A DNA stretch of 64,000 bases, from contig OZ024741.1 of the NCBI GenBank assembly GCA_964016885.1, forward strand, positions 94,054,001 through 94,118,000, written 5' to 3'. A program made the translations under genes and the position numbers. This document shows positions 15,930 to 29,404 of this stretch, piece after piece. Numbering within the stretch: position 1 is the stretch's first letter; each line of letters begins with the position of its first letter. This DNA comes from Eledone cirrhosa. Taxonomy: Eukaryota. The notes beneath the pieces were generated by a model. It was not told the origin of the DNA and did not search any database. It was given only the letters and a program-made list of their open reading frames with translations.

Positions 15930-16195
15930 AAGAGATCACATCTCCGATAATATGAGAATGTGGTTAGGATATCTAACCAAAGAATCGCTGGACATATTCC
16001 ACATGCAAAGCCAAGCGGCAGGAGACCCTGAGGCAGACCACGAGCAAGATAGATGGATAATATCAATGAACACGTTTGGGGATTCAGCCGGATCATTTGG
16101 AGTGTGTAGCTCCTGATAGGATCGCCTGGAAGATGTGTCCGAAGAATCTACTACCACGACTCCACAAAGAATAAGTGGATAAAGAAGAAGAGAAG
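15930..16195 (+). mobile_element. RTE-type LINE 3' fragment
   Basis: Decayed AKPSGRRP.GRPRAR..DNI; homologous to 61960-62220 and 9634-9760. Confidence 0.6.
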
Positions 16196-16457
16196 AAAAC
16201 ATGATTTGGTTTACGTTTTCATCCTTAACTGATTTGTTTTGGATGGCAGATCTTTTGTAGAAAACCACCTCACCACGCAACCATCACCCTATGACATGTG
16301 TCTGGTCTGTATTAAAAGGAATCCGAATATAAGAAATACAAGTTTGAAAATTACTCTCTCTTAAGCAAGAAGCTTTAGTATACTGATCAAATTCTTGAGC
16401 AATAAGTAATTATTATAATTACATTTTATAAAACATTTTATAATTAAATACGACAAG

Positions 16458-16640
16458 GGTAGTGGATTTGCAGAATCAGTAGAGAGCCGGATTATATGCT
16501 TAGCAGCATAGAGTTACGGCCCTTTGCATTCTGAGTTCAAATCCCGCCGAGGTTAACTTTGCCTTTCATCCTTACGGGGGTCGAAATAAAGTACCAGTTA
16601 TACACTGGGGTCGATTTAATCGACTTTCCCCATCCATTTA
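16458..16640 (+). mobile_element. SINE family A with 14-bp TSD
   Basis: Family consensus; TSD attaaatacgacaa at 16443-16456 and 16644-16657. Confidence 0.9.
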
Positions 16641-16784
16641 ATTATTAAATACGACAATTAGAAAAATCATTCTTATCATTTTCCACATGGAAGGACTTCT
16701 TCAATTTCTAATATATATATATATATTTCAATTTCTAATATATATATATATTTCAATTTCTTATATATATATATATATATATAT

Positions 16785-18123
16785 AAATTAATAAAAACAA
16801 TGAATAAAAACAAACAAAGTACAAGTTCCTTATATTAAAAAATTCATCATTTTACGATCGTTTCTAGGATATATATGTGTGTTGGTATGTATATCATATA
16901 GATCTATGTAAAATTTTTACAAACTATCAGAGGAAATATACATACCTTCACATATATATGCTGTCTTCAGAAATAATTGTTTCTACTTTTGGCACAAGGC
17001 CAGCAATTACCCAGTACATTACTGGTACTTTATTTTATCGACCCCGTAAGGATGAAAGGCAAAGTTAACCTCGGCGGGATTTGAACTCAGACCGTAAAGG
17101 GACGTAACTATGCTGGAAAGCATGGCGTCCGACGCTCTACTGATACTGCCAAGAAATAATGATATTTGTTTATTGAAAAAAAACCCAACAAAGATTTAAT
17201 ATAATAGGTCTGTTTGGGAACAGGTTTTGAATTGACCAATAGAAAAGTAGTAAGAGGTCAAGTTGATAGAATAGTAGTAGTAGAAATTTAATTTAGGGGT
17301 AGAGGAATGCAGACTTAAGTTTTGAATGGAAAGAATACTTTGAATGAAAAGAATACTTTGGGGATGAAAAGAGGTCAAGCCGGTGAGGGGTACACGAAAA
17401 TTTGATGCTATTAAAGAATAATGTTAATGTTAAAACCGAAGGAGAATAACATTTTAGGGTAAAGGTATTAGTGAAAAATACCAATCTTATTTAAAACACA
17501 AGAAATTTAGATCTATAACAAGAAATTAAATTAAGCGATAGGTATACTTATAGGGATAAATTTATATTAATTCATATGGATGTGATAAATAAGAATTAGA
17601 TGTTATTAAAGAATGTTGTTAAAAACGAAGGAAAATAAAATTTTGGGATAAATGTAGTAGTGAGAGATACCAATCTTATATAGACTACAAGGAATCTAGA
17701 TTCATAACAGGAAATTAAATTAATTTATATGTATACTTTTAGGTATTAATTTTAGGAAAAGAGAACTGTAAGAGGGAAATAAAATTATGAAGTTCTCTGT
17801 AGTAAAGTACTAATTATAGGTTAACTAAAAAAAAAATATAATTATAATAATATGTAAAATATAAGTGTAAGGTGTATATTAATTAGGTTTATAATATTTG
17901 AAAGTTCTTCTAATTCTATGATTGCAAGATATAATTATTTCTGAAGACAGCATATATATGTGAAGGTATGTATATTTCCTCTGATAGTTTGTAAAATTTT
18001 TACATAGATCTATATGATATACATACCAACACACATATATATCCTAGAAACGATCGTAAAGTGATGAATTTTTTAATATAGGGAACTTGTTCTTTGTTTT
18101 TATTCATTGTTTTTATTAATTTA
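16785..18123. mobile_element. Element with ~190-bp inverted termini (16785-16978 / 17933-18123), probable Penelope-like 5' remnant
   Basis: Arms are near-identical reverse complements. The AT-rich interior holds a ~190-bp tandem duplication and weak PLE-N-terminus-like peptides (IPKSI, INLTSY) on the - strand. Confidence 0.5.
16977..17152 (-). mobile_element. SINE family A
   Basis: Family consensus; agaaataat flanks both sides. Confidence 0.9.
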
Positions 18124-18271
18124 TCTTGACTCTGTTTTCCTGGGATTTTCATCGAAAATTTTTGAATGCATCTTCTCTTTTCATGATATTTGGATTACAT
18201 TGAGTTCTTCATACGGATTGGATACTACCGTATATTTTGGTAGATTTATCTACACACACACACACGCACAC

Positions 18272-18423
<152 letters not shown>

Positions 18424-18637
18424 CACACACACACACGCACATATATATTCAATAAACTCAAAATTTCAAATAGATGACTCCTTTATGAAAAGAATAGGCT
18501 CTAAGCCAGTACACCATTATTAACATTCTATTGCTAATCTACAAAATCCTATTTTAGTATTTAATTCTGTACAAAGGGCGCATTGCAATATTTTTTTTTT
18601 AGTAATTTAAAATAAATTTTAAAATATTTTCAATTGG

Positions 18638-18732
<95 letters not shown>

Positions 18733-18736
<4 letters not shown>

Positions 18737-21269
18737 GTTAATTACCTCGACGTTTCCCTCAATTTGTCGAATGGCTTGCACTACCCGTATAGAAAGCCGA
18801 ATGATACGTTTAATTACATAAGTAAGCATTCTAACCATCCTGCCAGCATAACCAAGAACCTGGTAAGAAACGTTTCTTTGAGGCTTTCCCGTCTATCTAC
18901 TAACGAGCATATTTTCAACGACCATTCCACATATTACAATGAAGCTCTTGCTCTTAGTGGATTTGTCGATAAGGTAGCATATACAGAGTACGAGAATAGA
19001 CCTATGACAAATAGACCCCGACGCATTATATAGTATAACCCACCATATAATATGGAGGTGGCCACACCATTAGCTAAGATCTTTCTCTCCCTTATTATGA
19101 AGCATTTACCCCCAGCACATAAATATAGTAACATTTTTGATAGAAATACCATTAAAATTTATTACTCTACGACTCTAACCTTGCACATAATATCACAGCT
19201 TCAAATTTAGCTAAACTACCTAGCCGTAGGAACACTTGCAACCATGTAGCTAGTACTAACTGTAATTGTAGGAATCGGGTTGATTGCCCCCTATCCGGGA
19301 AATGCCTCTCTAGTAACATTGTCTACAAATGTAAGGTTGAAACACCCACGTCCCGTAGGGCCTACATAGGGTTAACTGCCAATAGATTCAAGCAGCGTCT
19401 TTACATGCATACCCATTCTTTTCTTAACCCTTTAAGAAGGAATATGACGTCACTTTCAGCTTATATCTTGAGTCTAAAAGACAACCACACCCAATATAAG
19501 TTACACTGGGAGATCCTAGCTAGGGCTAGATCGTATAACGGAAATAAAAGACCATGTAACCTCTATGCTGCTGAGGCCCAGGAAATACTCTACGCTAAAA
19601 GACGACATCTTAAACAAAAAATCTGAGGCAATTTCGGCTTGTAAACATAAATTGCACAAATCCTTCCTGTATTACAGCCCCACATTATACCCTAACGGAT
19701 AGTACGAACTATACGCGGATATTTTACGTCTTGATGTGGTAGTTAAGTATATGTTATGTTTATACCATTACTTATTTGTATAGGTAAGTATATATTACCT
19801 GTATGTTTTGTGAAGGTACGTATACTTTCTCGCACGTATATTTGCCTGTATATGTTATGGCGTATATATTATATATTCTGGTACATGTACGTTTGGTTAT
19901 GTGTATACGCGTGTTTTGCGTCTGTGCGAGTACGCGGGTTCGTACGTTTGTAGGGTGTGTGTATGTGTACTTTGTGTTTTGGTCGACGTACGCCTGCGGA
20001 CATATGTGTATTTACATGTAGGTATGTGTGTGCGCACGTTATATACGTTTATTTAATTATATGTATACACGCACACACACACACACACATATATATATAT
20101 TTTTAATATATATTTTTATGTGTATTTGGTGTATACGTTCGTATGTGTGCGGGTACAGGCGTTGCTTGGGTTCTGTATGTGCGCGCGGTTTTTTTGTGCA
20201 CGTGCTTGTATTTGTATACCTATGGCGTGTGTTTTCGCGTATGCTTGTGTATGTACGTATATGGATGAGTGTATGTATTTATTTAAATTCCTCTGTATTT
20301 TATTTACTTTATTCTTAACTCTGAAGCCGTGAATCATTCGGTTTCCTACTTAGAATTGTAGTCTACGACTTCAGTTATACCATTTACGTGGTTTTGTCTT
20401 TGCGTGCAATTGTTCTCACCGATCCATATAATGACGTATTATCTTCGTTTTTTACGTTCATTGCCAGAGATGGTCTCCTTGAAACACCTAATAGAATACT
20501 AGCAGCTGAGCCCGGTTGCACCCGGGGCCACTTTTTATTAAGTTAATAATTTGAAAAATATTATTGAATGTTTATTATAAAGAAGCAGTTTCAGGAAAAA
20601 AAATAGAAATATGCACCTGGTACTGTATGTTAACAGCGAAAGAACGTTGATGAGTTTAAAAATGTGTATGAAATTATAAATAAGACAAAAGTATTAGAAC
20701 AGGAGGAAATAACTCACCGAACGCGATAGTTTTGGGGGCCCAGGGACCACATTTTTCAAGTTAGAGATTTGAAACCTCGTCTATTTGCTTCCTTGGCACT
20801 TTTTACATAGGTGTGTAAATTTCCATGTCCGTCCGACCACGTCTGCTACCATTTAACCGTGCACATTTGAATTTCAACCACCGCCCATTTCACAAATATA
20901 TATTAGATTAGTCTACGACTTCATTTATACTATAAACGTGGTTTTGCCTTTGCGTGTAATTGTTTTAACCGCGCTAAATAATGATGTATTATCTTCGTTT
21001 TTTTCCGTTCTTTGCCAGGAAACGTTTCCACAAACCAAAGTATCGTCTTCCTGTCTTCCACCGGTTGTAACGTTTTTTGAAAAATTTACTTCTGCGTTCA
21101 CAGATTGACTTTTTTAGTTTCAGAAGATCCCGTTAAGAATGAAAGCAGCGATTCTTTGCTTAAACTTTAATCTGTTATTTTAATAAATATTTACTCTACG
21201 GTTCTTATATATTTGATATATATTTATCCATAGCCCTCTGTGGATTTTAGTCTTCAAATTTATTATTAT

Positions 21270-21272
<3 letters not shown>
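18733..21272 (+). mobile_element. 5'-truncated Penelope-like element, Naiad-type (RT thumb + GIY-YIG endonuclease + 3' pLTR)
   Basis: Encodes PYRKPND..YISKHSNHP, YNPPY, CNCRNRVDCPLSGKCL (CxCx5C), IVYKC..AYIGLT..FKQR and NKKSE..CKH, with stops and frameshifts. Starts at (AC)n and ends at (TA)n. Confidence 0.8.
20499..20907 (-). mobile_element. Non-autonomous Helitron
   Basis: On the - strand it starts TC, ends CTAG, has a subterminal hairpin cccgg-gtgcaa-ccggg, and sits between A and T with no TSD. It interrupts one copy of a tandem repeat (compare 20345-20370). Confidence 0.8.
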
Positions 21273-21360
<88 letters not shown>

Positions 21361-21632
21361 CACATATATATAAACTCTTATACTAAACTATACAGATATA
21401 ACCCTTTGATTAAAATGAAATATACTTATCCAAGTACCCTGGGCAATGTAGTTTCAGAATATGGTTATGGGGGTCTATCTTTAGGATCCATAGGAGTAGT
21501 TCGTGAACAAACAAACAAACAAACAAACAAACAGACAGGAATACAACTTTATATATATTTGTATTGAATATATGTATTTGTATTATATATATTTATATTG
21601 AATTGTAGACGTTTATTTATATATATTTGGAC

Positions 21633-21667
<35 letters not shown>

Positions 21668-21976
21668 TATGTTTGTGTAGGATTTAAAATTTATAGACTT
21701 TACTCTGAAGAATTTTTGTAAAAGTATTTGTGTTTTTATCATAATAGAATATATATATATATTTCTTTATTTACCATAAAGGCATAAAAAGAAGGGACAA
21801 ATACAAAGGGGGAGTTTACATACAACTGAGTAAAAAGGGTATAAAATGAAAATAATCAAAAACAACCTCAAAAGGGAGGGGACGTGATGGGGGTTGCACA
21901 GACCCCCGAAAAAGTGTGCAATCCTTTGCCCGGGGAGCACATGGAGAAGGTGCTCCCATCTCCTTTACTTCTTTAC

Positions 21977-24900
21977 CTACAGGATGGTATACAGAGAAGG
22001 CCCATTTACACGAGCCATTCTCGCCACTATCACCCACCTTTCATAAAACTGCCTGTGGCCAAGCACCTCTCTCTCCATTCTTATCCTTCTTCCGAAGTGA
22101 TATCGGAAGAAGTAGACCAGGCTATGGTCAGAGATGAAGTTGCCTGACCTCAGACCTTTCAATCGTGTCCACCAAATAACCTCTTTCAACATGGCTATTA
22201 CGCACAGAAAAACCGCCTTTGCTTCCTTTGTGAAAAGGGGAGGCGGCTTGATTGTCATCACGGACTCGACGGTCAATCGAATCGGCGCCACCCGCGACAG
22301 CAGTCGTTCGGCGTAGCCCCACAGATCAGCCATGCCCGGACATTGCACCAATGCGTGCGCAACGGTTTCTTCGTGACGCACGCATATAGGGCAAATCTTT
22401 TTAGAGGGATCCCTGCCCGGGAGCCCGTGTCTGTACAGCTTTTCTCGAACGGGTAGAGCCACCCGGTAGCACTGCCAGGCTAGTGACTTCTGGAAGTTGT
22501 CCAATGGTCCCGGGCCGAAAGTCCTACCGAACAGGCTGGCCAGTTCGTCCTTTTCCATGTCCAGCGACTCTCCAAGGGTGTCATCGCCCCTGCTAGCCAC
22601 CAGCTCTCTATAGAATGACGAGGTGGATTCTCCACCGATGGCCGGGTCCGCTTGCCAGAGAGCCCTGAGCGCCTGGGCACACTCAGTGTGCCAGTCGCCC
22701 AGTTTTCCGGATCTTTGCTTGACCCAGGACTGCAGCTCGGTGAGCGAGACGAGTCTCGGAAAGGCTCGTCTCACGAACGGAGCCCACACCGGTTGACCAG
22801 TGAGGAATACCTGTAGGTGCCGTAGCCTTAATGCGCGCCTACGCATCATCAACCACGGCATCCCCAGCCCTCCTTTCGAAGGTTGTTGGCATCAGATGGA
22901 TCTTCTCACCATAGGAGGGCGCTTTTTCAAAAGAAATTGAAAGAGCATGCGTTCCATGGTGGTGAGTGTTTCCTTAGGGCAAGGCACGACAGTCAGGCGG
23001 TAGTAGGTGACGGACGCTATGTAAATGTTCGCCACCTCCGCCCGACCTTTCAGGGACAGCTTACACTTGGCCCATTTCTGGGTCAGTGCAAACACCTTGC
23101 TCGTAACCTCTCCCCAGTTCTTTTCCACCTGGAGGTCCGGTCCAAACCAGACCCCAAGCAACTTCACCGGGCCCTCCGTCCAGTATCCGACGACACCGTC
23201 GGGAGGCATCGGTCTGCCTCTCCACGTTCCGAGTTGCAGCCCGATGGATTTTTTCCCGGTTCAGTTTCGCTCCTGACAACCTTTCGTATTCCTCCAGTAA
23301 GGTGCCGATCGCCTCGATCTCCGAGTCGGTCGATACCATTACTGTTACGTCATCGGCGTAGGCCGACACCGCTTTGCTCAATCCTGGTTCCAGGGGGATA
23401 TCCTGCAACAACTCCAACTTCCTCAGTAAAGGCTCGAGAGTCAATACGTACAGAAGGGAGGAGAGAGGGCACCCCTGTCGAATGGATCGTGTGATTTCGA
23501 ACGGCTTCGAAAGGTAGCCGTTCACCTTGATCCTAGAACAGATGTGGTTGCTATGTAAGGCAGTGATCCAGCCTCTGAAAACAGGACCGAACCCAGCCGC
23601 CGCTAGCACCGCATCCAGGTAACCATGGTCGACCCTATCGAACGCCTTAGACTGATCCAAGTTGATCAGGGCCCCACCGAAGCCGGGTTTGTTGCCAACC
23701 CTCTCTATGATGTATCGCATGAGGTGGAGGTTGTCGTGAATGGACCTGGATGGGATAGCACATGTCTGCGCATCTCCCACCAGGCTACCCACGACAAGCG
23801 CCAACCTCTTTGCTAACACCTTGGCCAAAATCTTTAACTCTGTGTTTAGCAGGGTTATGGGCCGAAAATTATTTATACTATCCACCTTGTTCTCGTCCTT
23901 CCTTACCAGCGAGACTACGCCCTTGGCTACAGAACAAGGAATTCTCCCGTTCTGCTTCCAATTGCAGTAGACTGCTTCGAGAAGTTCGGAGAAGAAGACC
24001 GGCATTGCCAAATAAAGTTCGTAAGGTATACCATCTAGACCTGGAGATTTGCGTCTGCTGCATTGGCTCAGCGCATCCCCGATCTCATCAGCCGAGATTG
24101 GTCCCTCGCAGGACTCTGCCTCTTCGCTCGAGAGACGCGACAGGCCGTCGAGGTATGGACCGAAATCCACGTCCCCGCCCGGACCCCCGCTTCCCCCGAA
24201 CAATCGGGCAAAGTGCCTTTGAAAGGCCTCGCACATCTGCTTAGGCTCCCGGATCACCCGCCCATCCTTGTCTTGCAAAGACCGGATGGTGGATCGATTT
24301 CCACTCTTAGCTTCTGTCACGCGGGCCCAGCCAACGGCTTTGGCCCCCTCATTACCTAGAGCACGTATTTTACTTCGAATGACGCACCCTTCGTGCTTTG
24401 CATCGAAAAACTGGCTCAAGGCCGTCCTCGATGCCAGCACTCTAGCCACATCTTCGCTCTTGATTGCCTCTTCTAATTTACCTGTTAATTCTTTCTCGTT
24501 CCTATTCCTATCGGCAGCTGACATCTTGCTATAACTTATTGATTCTGTTCTAATCTCTCTTTTGAGAGATGCCACCATCGGTTGTTGACGATTGCACCCG
24601 TCAACCTCTCCTTAACTAATCTGCTAATCCGGTCTCTGTAAGCCTCTTTTGCCGGTAAAGACAAATTAAGTTTCCAGTAACCGGGACCCTGTCTATGTGT
24701 TCTCTCGAGGTTGACTACGCAGGTCACTAATTTGTGATCTGTATAGCCAACCGTGAGCATTTCTGGACAGCTTAATATGTCCCTATCCTTACTTCTAACT
24801 AAGAATCTATCTAAGTACGATCTAGATTGACCACTGTGGTTCGTCCAAGTCCAGGTTGGCACAGTTGGAAAATCTAGTCGATATCTATCGACCAAGTTAA

Positions 24901-25410
24901 AACGGTCGAGTAACCACTTGAGGCTGTTACACCCCCCTCTATTAGGACATGCTCCTGCATAGTCCCAACGTGCATCTAGGATGTCATTCCAGTCCCCGCT
25001 AGAAGCAGGGAACGCAACGTTCCCAGAAAAGTCTCCAGACGCTGGAAGAAGTCGGGTCGTTCAGCTCCGAAAGGGGAGTAGACGGCGACCAGTCTCAAGG
25101 CCGCACCTCCACTACTGCCAACGTCTAGCACCAACAAACGACCTCCCGGGTCCGAGTGAACAACCTGTACGGCGAGACCCAGGTGTTTTTCCAGCAGTAC
25201 GACAACCCCACCCCCACCTCCAGGTTGACAGAGAGATGCGTGCACCTCAAAGTCATCGAAGGTAGGGGCCAGCTGCCGCACGACGCTGATCCGAGTCTCA
25301 CAGATAACCATTACATTTATACCACGTGACTGAGGTCATTTAGAAGCTTTGCTTGCTTCCAAGTTGAGCCCAGGCCACGTGCATTCAAACATCCTACTCT
25401 TAACACATCC
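21977..25410 (-). pseudogene. Tx1 ORF2 (APE endonuclease-reverse transcriptase), several frameshifts
   Basis: ORFs 24976-25311, 24536-24895, 23061-24578, 22892-23209 and 21977-22861 are collinear with ORF2 of the + strand copy. Confidence 0.88.
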
Positions 25411-26880
25411 ATGTGGGCGGCAAAGCCAAAGGAGAGTGTAGAGACCTACCTTTCTGCTTCCCGGGGTTCGGGTCGCACGACTTCCATGGGGTCGGAGTGT
25501 TGGGTGAAGGGGTGTCTTGTGGTGGTATGGGGTCGTCAGTGTGTGGTGGGGTTGGGGTGTTTGGAGTTGTGTTGGGGAGGGGAAGGGGAGGGGGAAAGCT
25601 TTTTAGGAGGACGCGGTTTATGGGTTTGACAGAGGGTGGTCCTACGTCCTCCTTAAAATCATTTTTTAGATTTTGGTAGAGGTTCATTGGGATCTTTATT
25701 AATTTTAAATGTGGGTAGTTTTCTGAAGAAACAAAGTTTACCCCTTCGGTTTGTACCGAAGGGTTATTGTTTATGAGTTCATTTAATTTATTATTGTTTC
25801 TGTTGATGTAAGTATAGTGTAATGTCTTTTTTTCGGATGGTGTGAGTGTTTCGAAGAGGGGAGGGGCAGGTTTTGTTTTGTTTGTTGCTGGAGGGGTGTT
25901 TTGTATTTTGTTAGACTGTGTTGACATTTGGGTAGGGGCTGTTTGGCCTTGTGTGTTTTGCACATGTTTTCTTATTTTCCTTTTAATCTGTCTGAAGGAC
26001 TCCGTTTCTTCCTCCGAATTCGTTGGGCTATCTTCAGTGTTGGAGGGAAGAGGTATGTTTGCTGGTAATGTTTCCGTGTTGGTTTTCTTTGTGGGGGAGA
26101 TGGATGTCACTATGTTAGACTGTGTTGTATGTTGTGGCTGCGGTGGTTGTGTTGTTTTATTGAGTGAGGGGTTGGGTGGGACTGTGTTTTGGTTTTGGGT
26201 AATGTGTTGTGTCTGTTTGTGTTGTGGTGGTGTTGTAGTTTTACTGAGGGATGGGTTGGGTGGGACTGAGTTTTGTTGTTTGTTTATCTGTTGTGGTGGT
26301 GGTGGAGCTGGTGTTGGTAGAAGGGTTTTCTTCTTGTTGAGTTGGAGACAAGCTGCCTTCAGGTGCCCTCTGCCTGCACAGATATGACAGGACGGCCTTC
26401 TCCCCTCCACGCTAATGTTTATATACCCGTGGCCCTCTAATAGGATTCTGTCGGGTATTTGGGCAATGAGTTCAGGCTTCATTTGCACTACAAGTTCTAT
26501 ACCTGTTCCACTGAACGCATTGCCTGTGGTTTTCCCAATGAAAATCACGTTGTCATTCGCTGGATCGATGAAGCCAGCTATGAGCCAGCAGTGGTCCATA
26601 TCTGGCATCATCGCATCCAGCCATATGCGCTGAGTTCTTTTACCCATATAAGATGGATAAAAGGTAAAATTTGTCGAACGAATCGGCGACAAAGCATATT
26701 TTTTTGCCGCTGATTCATTCTTCATAATAATGGCTAGGCTTCCATACAGCCTGTCTCTTCTTATGAAAGTGGCTTCATTAAGTACTTCTCTAAGTACTGC
26801 TTTAATTTCTGCTTGTGTTGGTTGTTGAGGTTTTTTTGAGATGTTGTTGATGGTGCGGAAAACGACCGTCCGACTTTCAA

Positions 26881-27580
26881 CCGTCCGACACCAGCATGAT
26901 AACCGCCACCGCTGCGTTTACCAACATTAACCCACAGACCAATGACACGGAACACCTTTTCATAGACTTAACTGAATACCTCTCAAACGATGAACTGGAA
27001 CTTCTATACCTCGGACCCAAGTATACATCGTCTCACAGTGGCTCAACGACAGACTAAGATTTGACATCGAGGTCAACTTCTGCTCCCCTCTCTTATCAAC
27101 TGAAATGGATAACCGCCATCAACAATACCACCGAAAATGACAACACCTACACAACCCGCTACAAATTCTCCACCTACCACCTCGACAATCTACTTCACCC
27201 CCAACTCACCAACCACGAACTCAACAAGAAACTTATTAGGTTTAAACACTCTATCTCAGACATCTTGCATAAACACACATGCACACACCATGCAACCTCA
27301 CTAGATCACAACTCGCCACTCTGAAAAACCTGACAAAGGAAAATAATTCTGCTTCATCACCAGGGAGGCTTACAACAACCTAGCATTGACGATAGCAACC
27401 TTACTTCATGGTCACAGGAATCACCCATGCGTGGATCAAGGAACATGTCATTGCTACATGGACCAACATCTGTAACTGGCGGAAACTCCCGAAGAGACTG
27501 ACAAACAACCTTCTAACGAGGAACAGTAGGCTACCCGCTTTCTATCACCTCATCAAAAACCCATAAACAAGGACCCAACG
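26881..27580 (+). mobile_element. Penelope-like fragment nested in Tx1 ORF1
   Basis: Peptides DLTEYLSNDELELLYLGPKY and RLPAFYHLIK resemble PLE pre-RT motifs. Confidence 0.5.
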
Positions 27581-27582
27581 AG

Positions 27583-27767
27583 TCGGAATAACTACTATAA
27601 AGCATTCTATCCGACGATCTAACGACTCTGCCAATTCGCCGCCATCTGCAGTGTAATATTGGTTTCTTATATAGGCACATGACCAGCAATTTTGGGGGAG
27701 GGGAAAGTCGATTAAATCGACCCCAGTGCGTGACTGGTACTTTATTTTATCGACCTTGTAAGGATGA
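27583..27767 (-). mobile_element. Two SINE family A-related fragments
   Basis: Head ggcggcgaattggcagagtcgttag and tail catccttacaaggtcgataaaataaagtaccag on the - strand. Confidence 0.75.
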
Positions 27768-28599
27768 AGTGGCTTCATTAAGTACTTCTCTAAGTACTGC
27801 TTTAATTTCTGCTTGTGTTGGTTGTTGAGGTTTTTTTGAGATGTTGATGGTGCAGAAAACGACAGTCCGACTTTCAATATCTTTGGTGAGTTCTTGGGGC
27901 ATTTTTACCGATAAGGTTCCATTTTCCCCTTGAGTTATGAATTGTTTGGCGTTTTTTATTCTTTGTGCCACATCTGAAATATTTTCAGGTATATATGTTA
28001 AAGATTTTTTTGTTGTTTGTGCAAATGAGATATTATTGGTGTTGACTTTGTCGTCTGTTTTGCTTTCTGTTATGATGTTGTTTTCAAATGTTATTTTTGT
28101 GTTTGTTGTTTCTTTGTTTGTGGTATTAATATTGTCATGCAATTCTTTCAAATTTTTGTTGTTGTTGGAATCAATCTCCAGATTTGTGTTTTCGTCATTT
28201 TTCTCCGCACATTCGTCTGTTTTTATTTTATTTTTTCTTTCCTTCTCTATGACGTTAGTTGAGAAGGAAGGGGGGACTAAAGCGTGCGAGCTTGCAACTC
28301 TTACCGCTGTCCCCCCCACCACTATTTTCGTTAGCTTCGATTAACATTTCTGCCAGACGATTGAAATTTTATGCCACAAAATTTAAAAAAACAGGTTTTT
28401 CACCCTTGGGAGGGGCGAAGATGAGCTGACCCACCGCCTGACAGTTCAGACGGGGGCGGTCAAGCTACACAATAGTATCAAAATTAAAATTAAACTTACA
28501 AAATTTCCGCAATAAATTGGAACAAAACTTCTGCGCGAAGTGAATTACGTCTATGCTGTCGAACAGACGACAGCTAGGTTATAATAGAATATATATATA

Positions 28600-28818
28600 G
28601 GTCGGTGGATTGGCACTATTGGCAGAGAGTCGGACACCATGCTTTGCAGCATAGAGTTACGGTCCTTTACGGTCTGAGTTCAAATCTCGCCGAGGTTAAC
28701 TTTGCCTTTCATCCTTACGGGATCGACAAAATAAAGTACCAGTAACATACTGGTGTCGATCTAATCGACTTTCCGCTCCCCCCCAAATTACTGGCCTTGT
28801 GCCTATACTAGAAATCAT
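28600..28818 (+). mobile_element. SINE family A with 16-bp TSD
   Basis: Family consensus; TSD tataatagaatatata at 28580 and 28819. Confidence 0.92.
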
Positions 28819-29217
28819 TATAATAGAATATATAAATACACACACACACACACTCACACATAGATGTGTGTGTGTTTGTGTGTGTGTGTGTCAGTATGTG
28901 TGTGTATGTTTCATGAAGGAAAATGTTTGTAATCGATTTTGTTACATAACTCTAAGTCCTAACAAATTTTGATCGTTTAAATACCTATGTAAAATAGTGC
29001 TTTTACTCACGTTCTTTTGAGGATTTCTTTTCAATACTGACGTAGTTCATATTCGAATGTAAAGATTTTACCGGTAATGTAACTCATATACAAAATGAAT
29101 CGTAGAGGTAATAATGTTTCTTATATTTTTTTAATTAATTCTGAGGAATCCAGTCATTAGCTCATATAACTAATAATTGTATGTCCTATGAGATGGCAGA
29201 AACGTGCGTTAATTATA

Positions 29218-29404
29218 ATTGTTTCTACTTTTGGCACAAGGCCAGCAATTATCCAGTGCATTACTGGTACTTTATTTTATCGACCCCGTAAGGATGAAAG
29301 GCAAAGTCAACCTCGGCGGGATTAGAACTCAGATCGTAAAGGGACGTAACTATGCTGGAAAGCATGGCGTCCGACCCTCTACCGATACTGCCAATCCACC
29401 GCCC
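29218..29404 (-). mobile_element. SINE family A with 10-bp TSD
   Basis: Family consensus; TSD taattataat at 29210 and 29405. Confidence 0.9.

Larger units (their letters stand above)
25400..28322 (-). pseudogene. Tx1 ORF1 (zinc knuckle, Pro/Thr-rich tail), interrupted by an insertion
   Basis: ORFs 27747-28322 and 25400-26725 align in sequence with ORF1 at 48154. Confidence 0.8.
21763..28580 (-). mobile_element. Full-length Tx1-clade (L1 group) LINE, frameshifted
   Basis: ORF1 has CHICAGRGHLKAAC; ORF2 has APE (ICETRI, SYLDRF, TDHK), RT (SPGLDG, DQSKAFD, SAYADD) and a C-terminal CPIC..H..C. The 3' end is AATAAAGAAA. A ~19-bp TSD ataatagaatatatatata lies at 21741 and 28581. Confidence 0.92.

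Noticed and set aside
22883-26387. + strand ORFs of 160-203 aa
   Set aside because: Antisense shadows of GC-rich Tx1 ORFs with no recognisable motifs.
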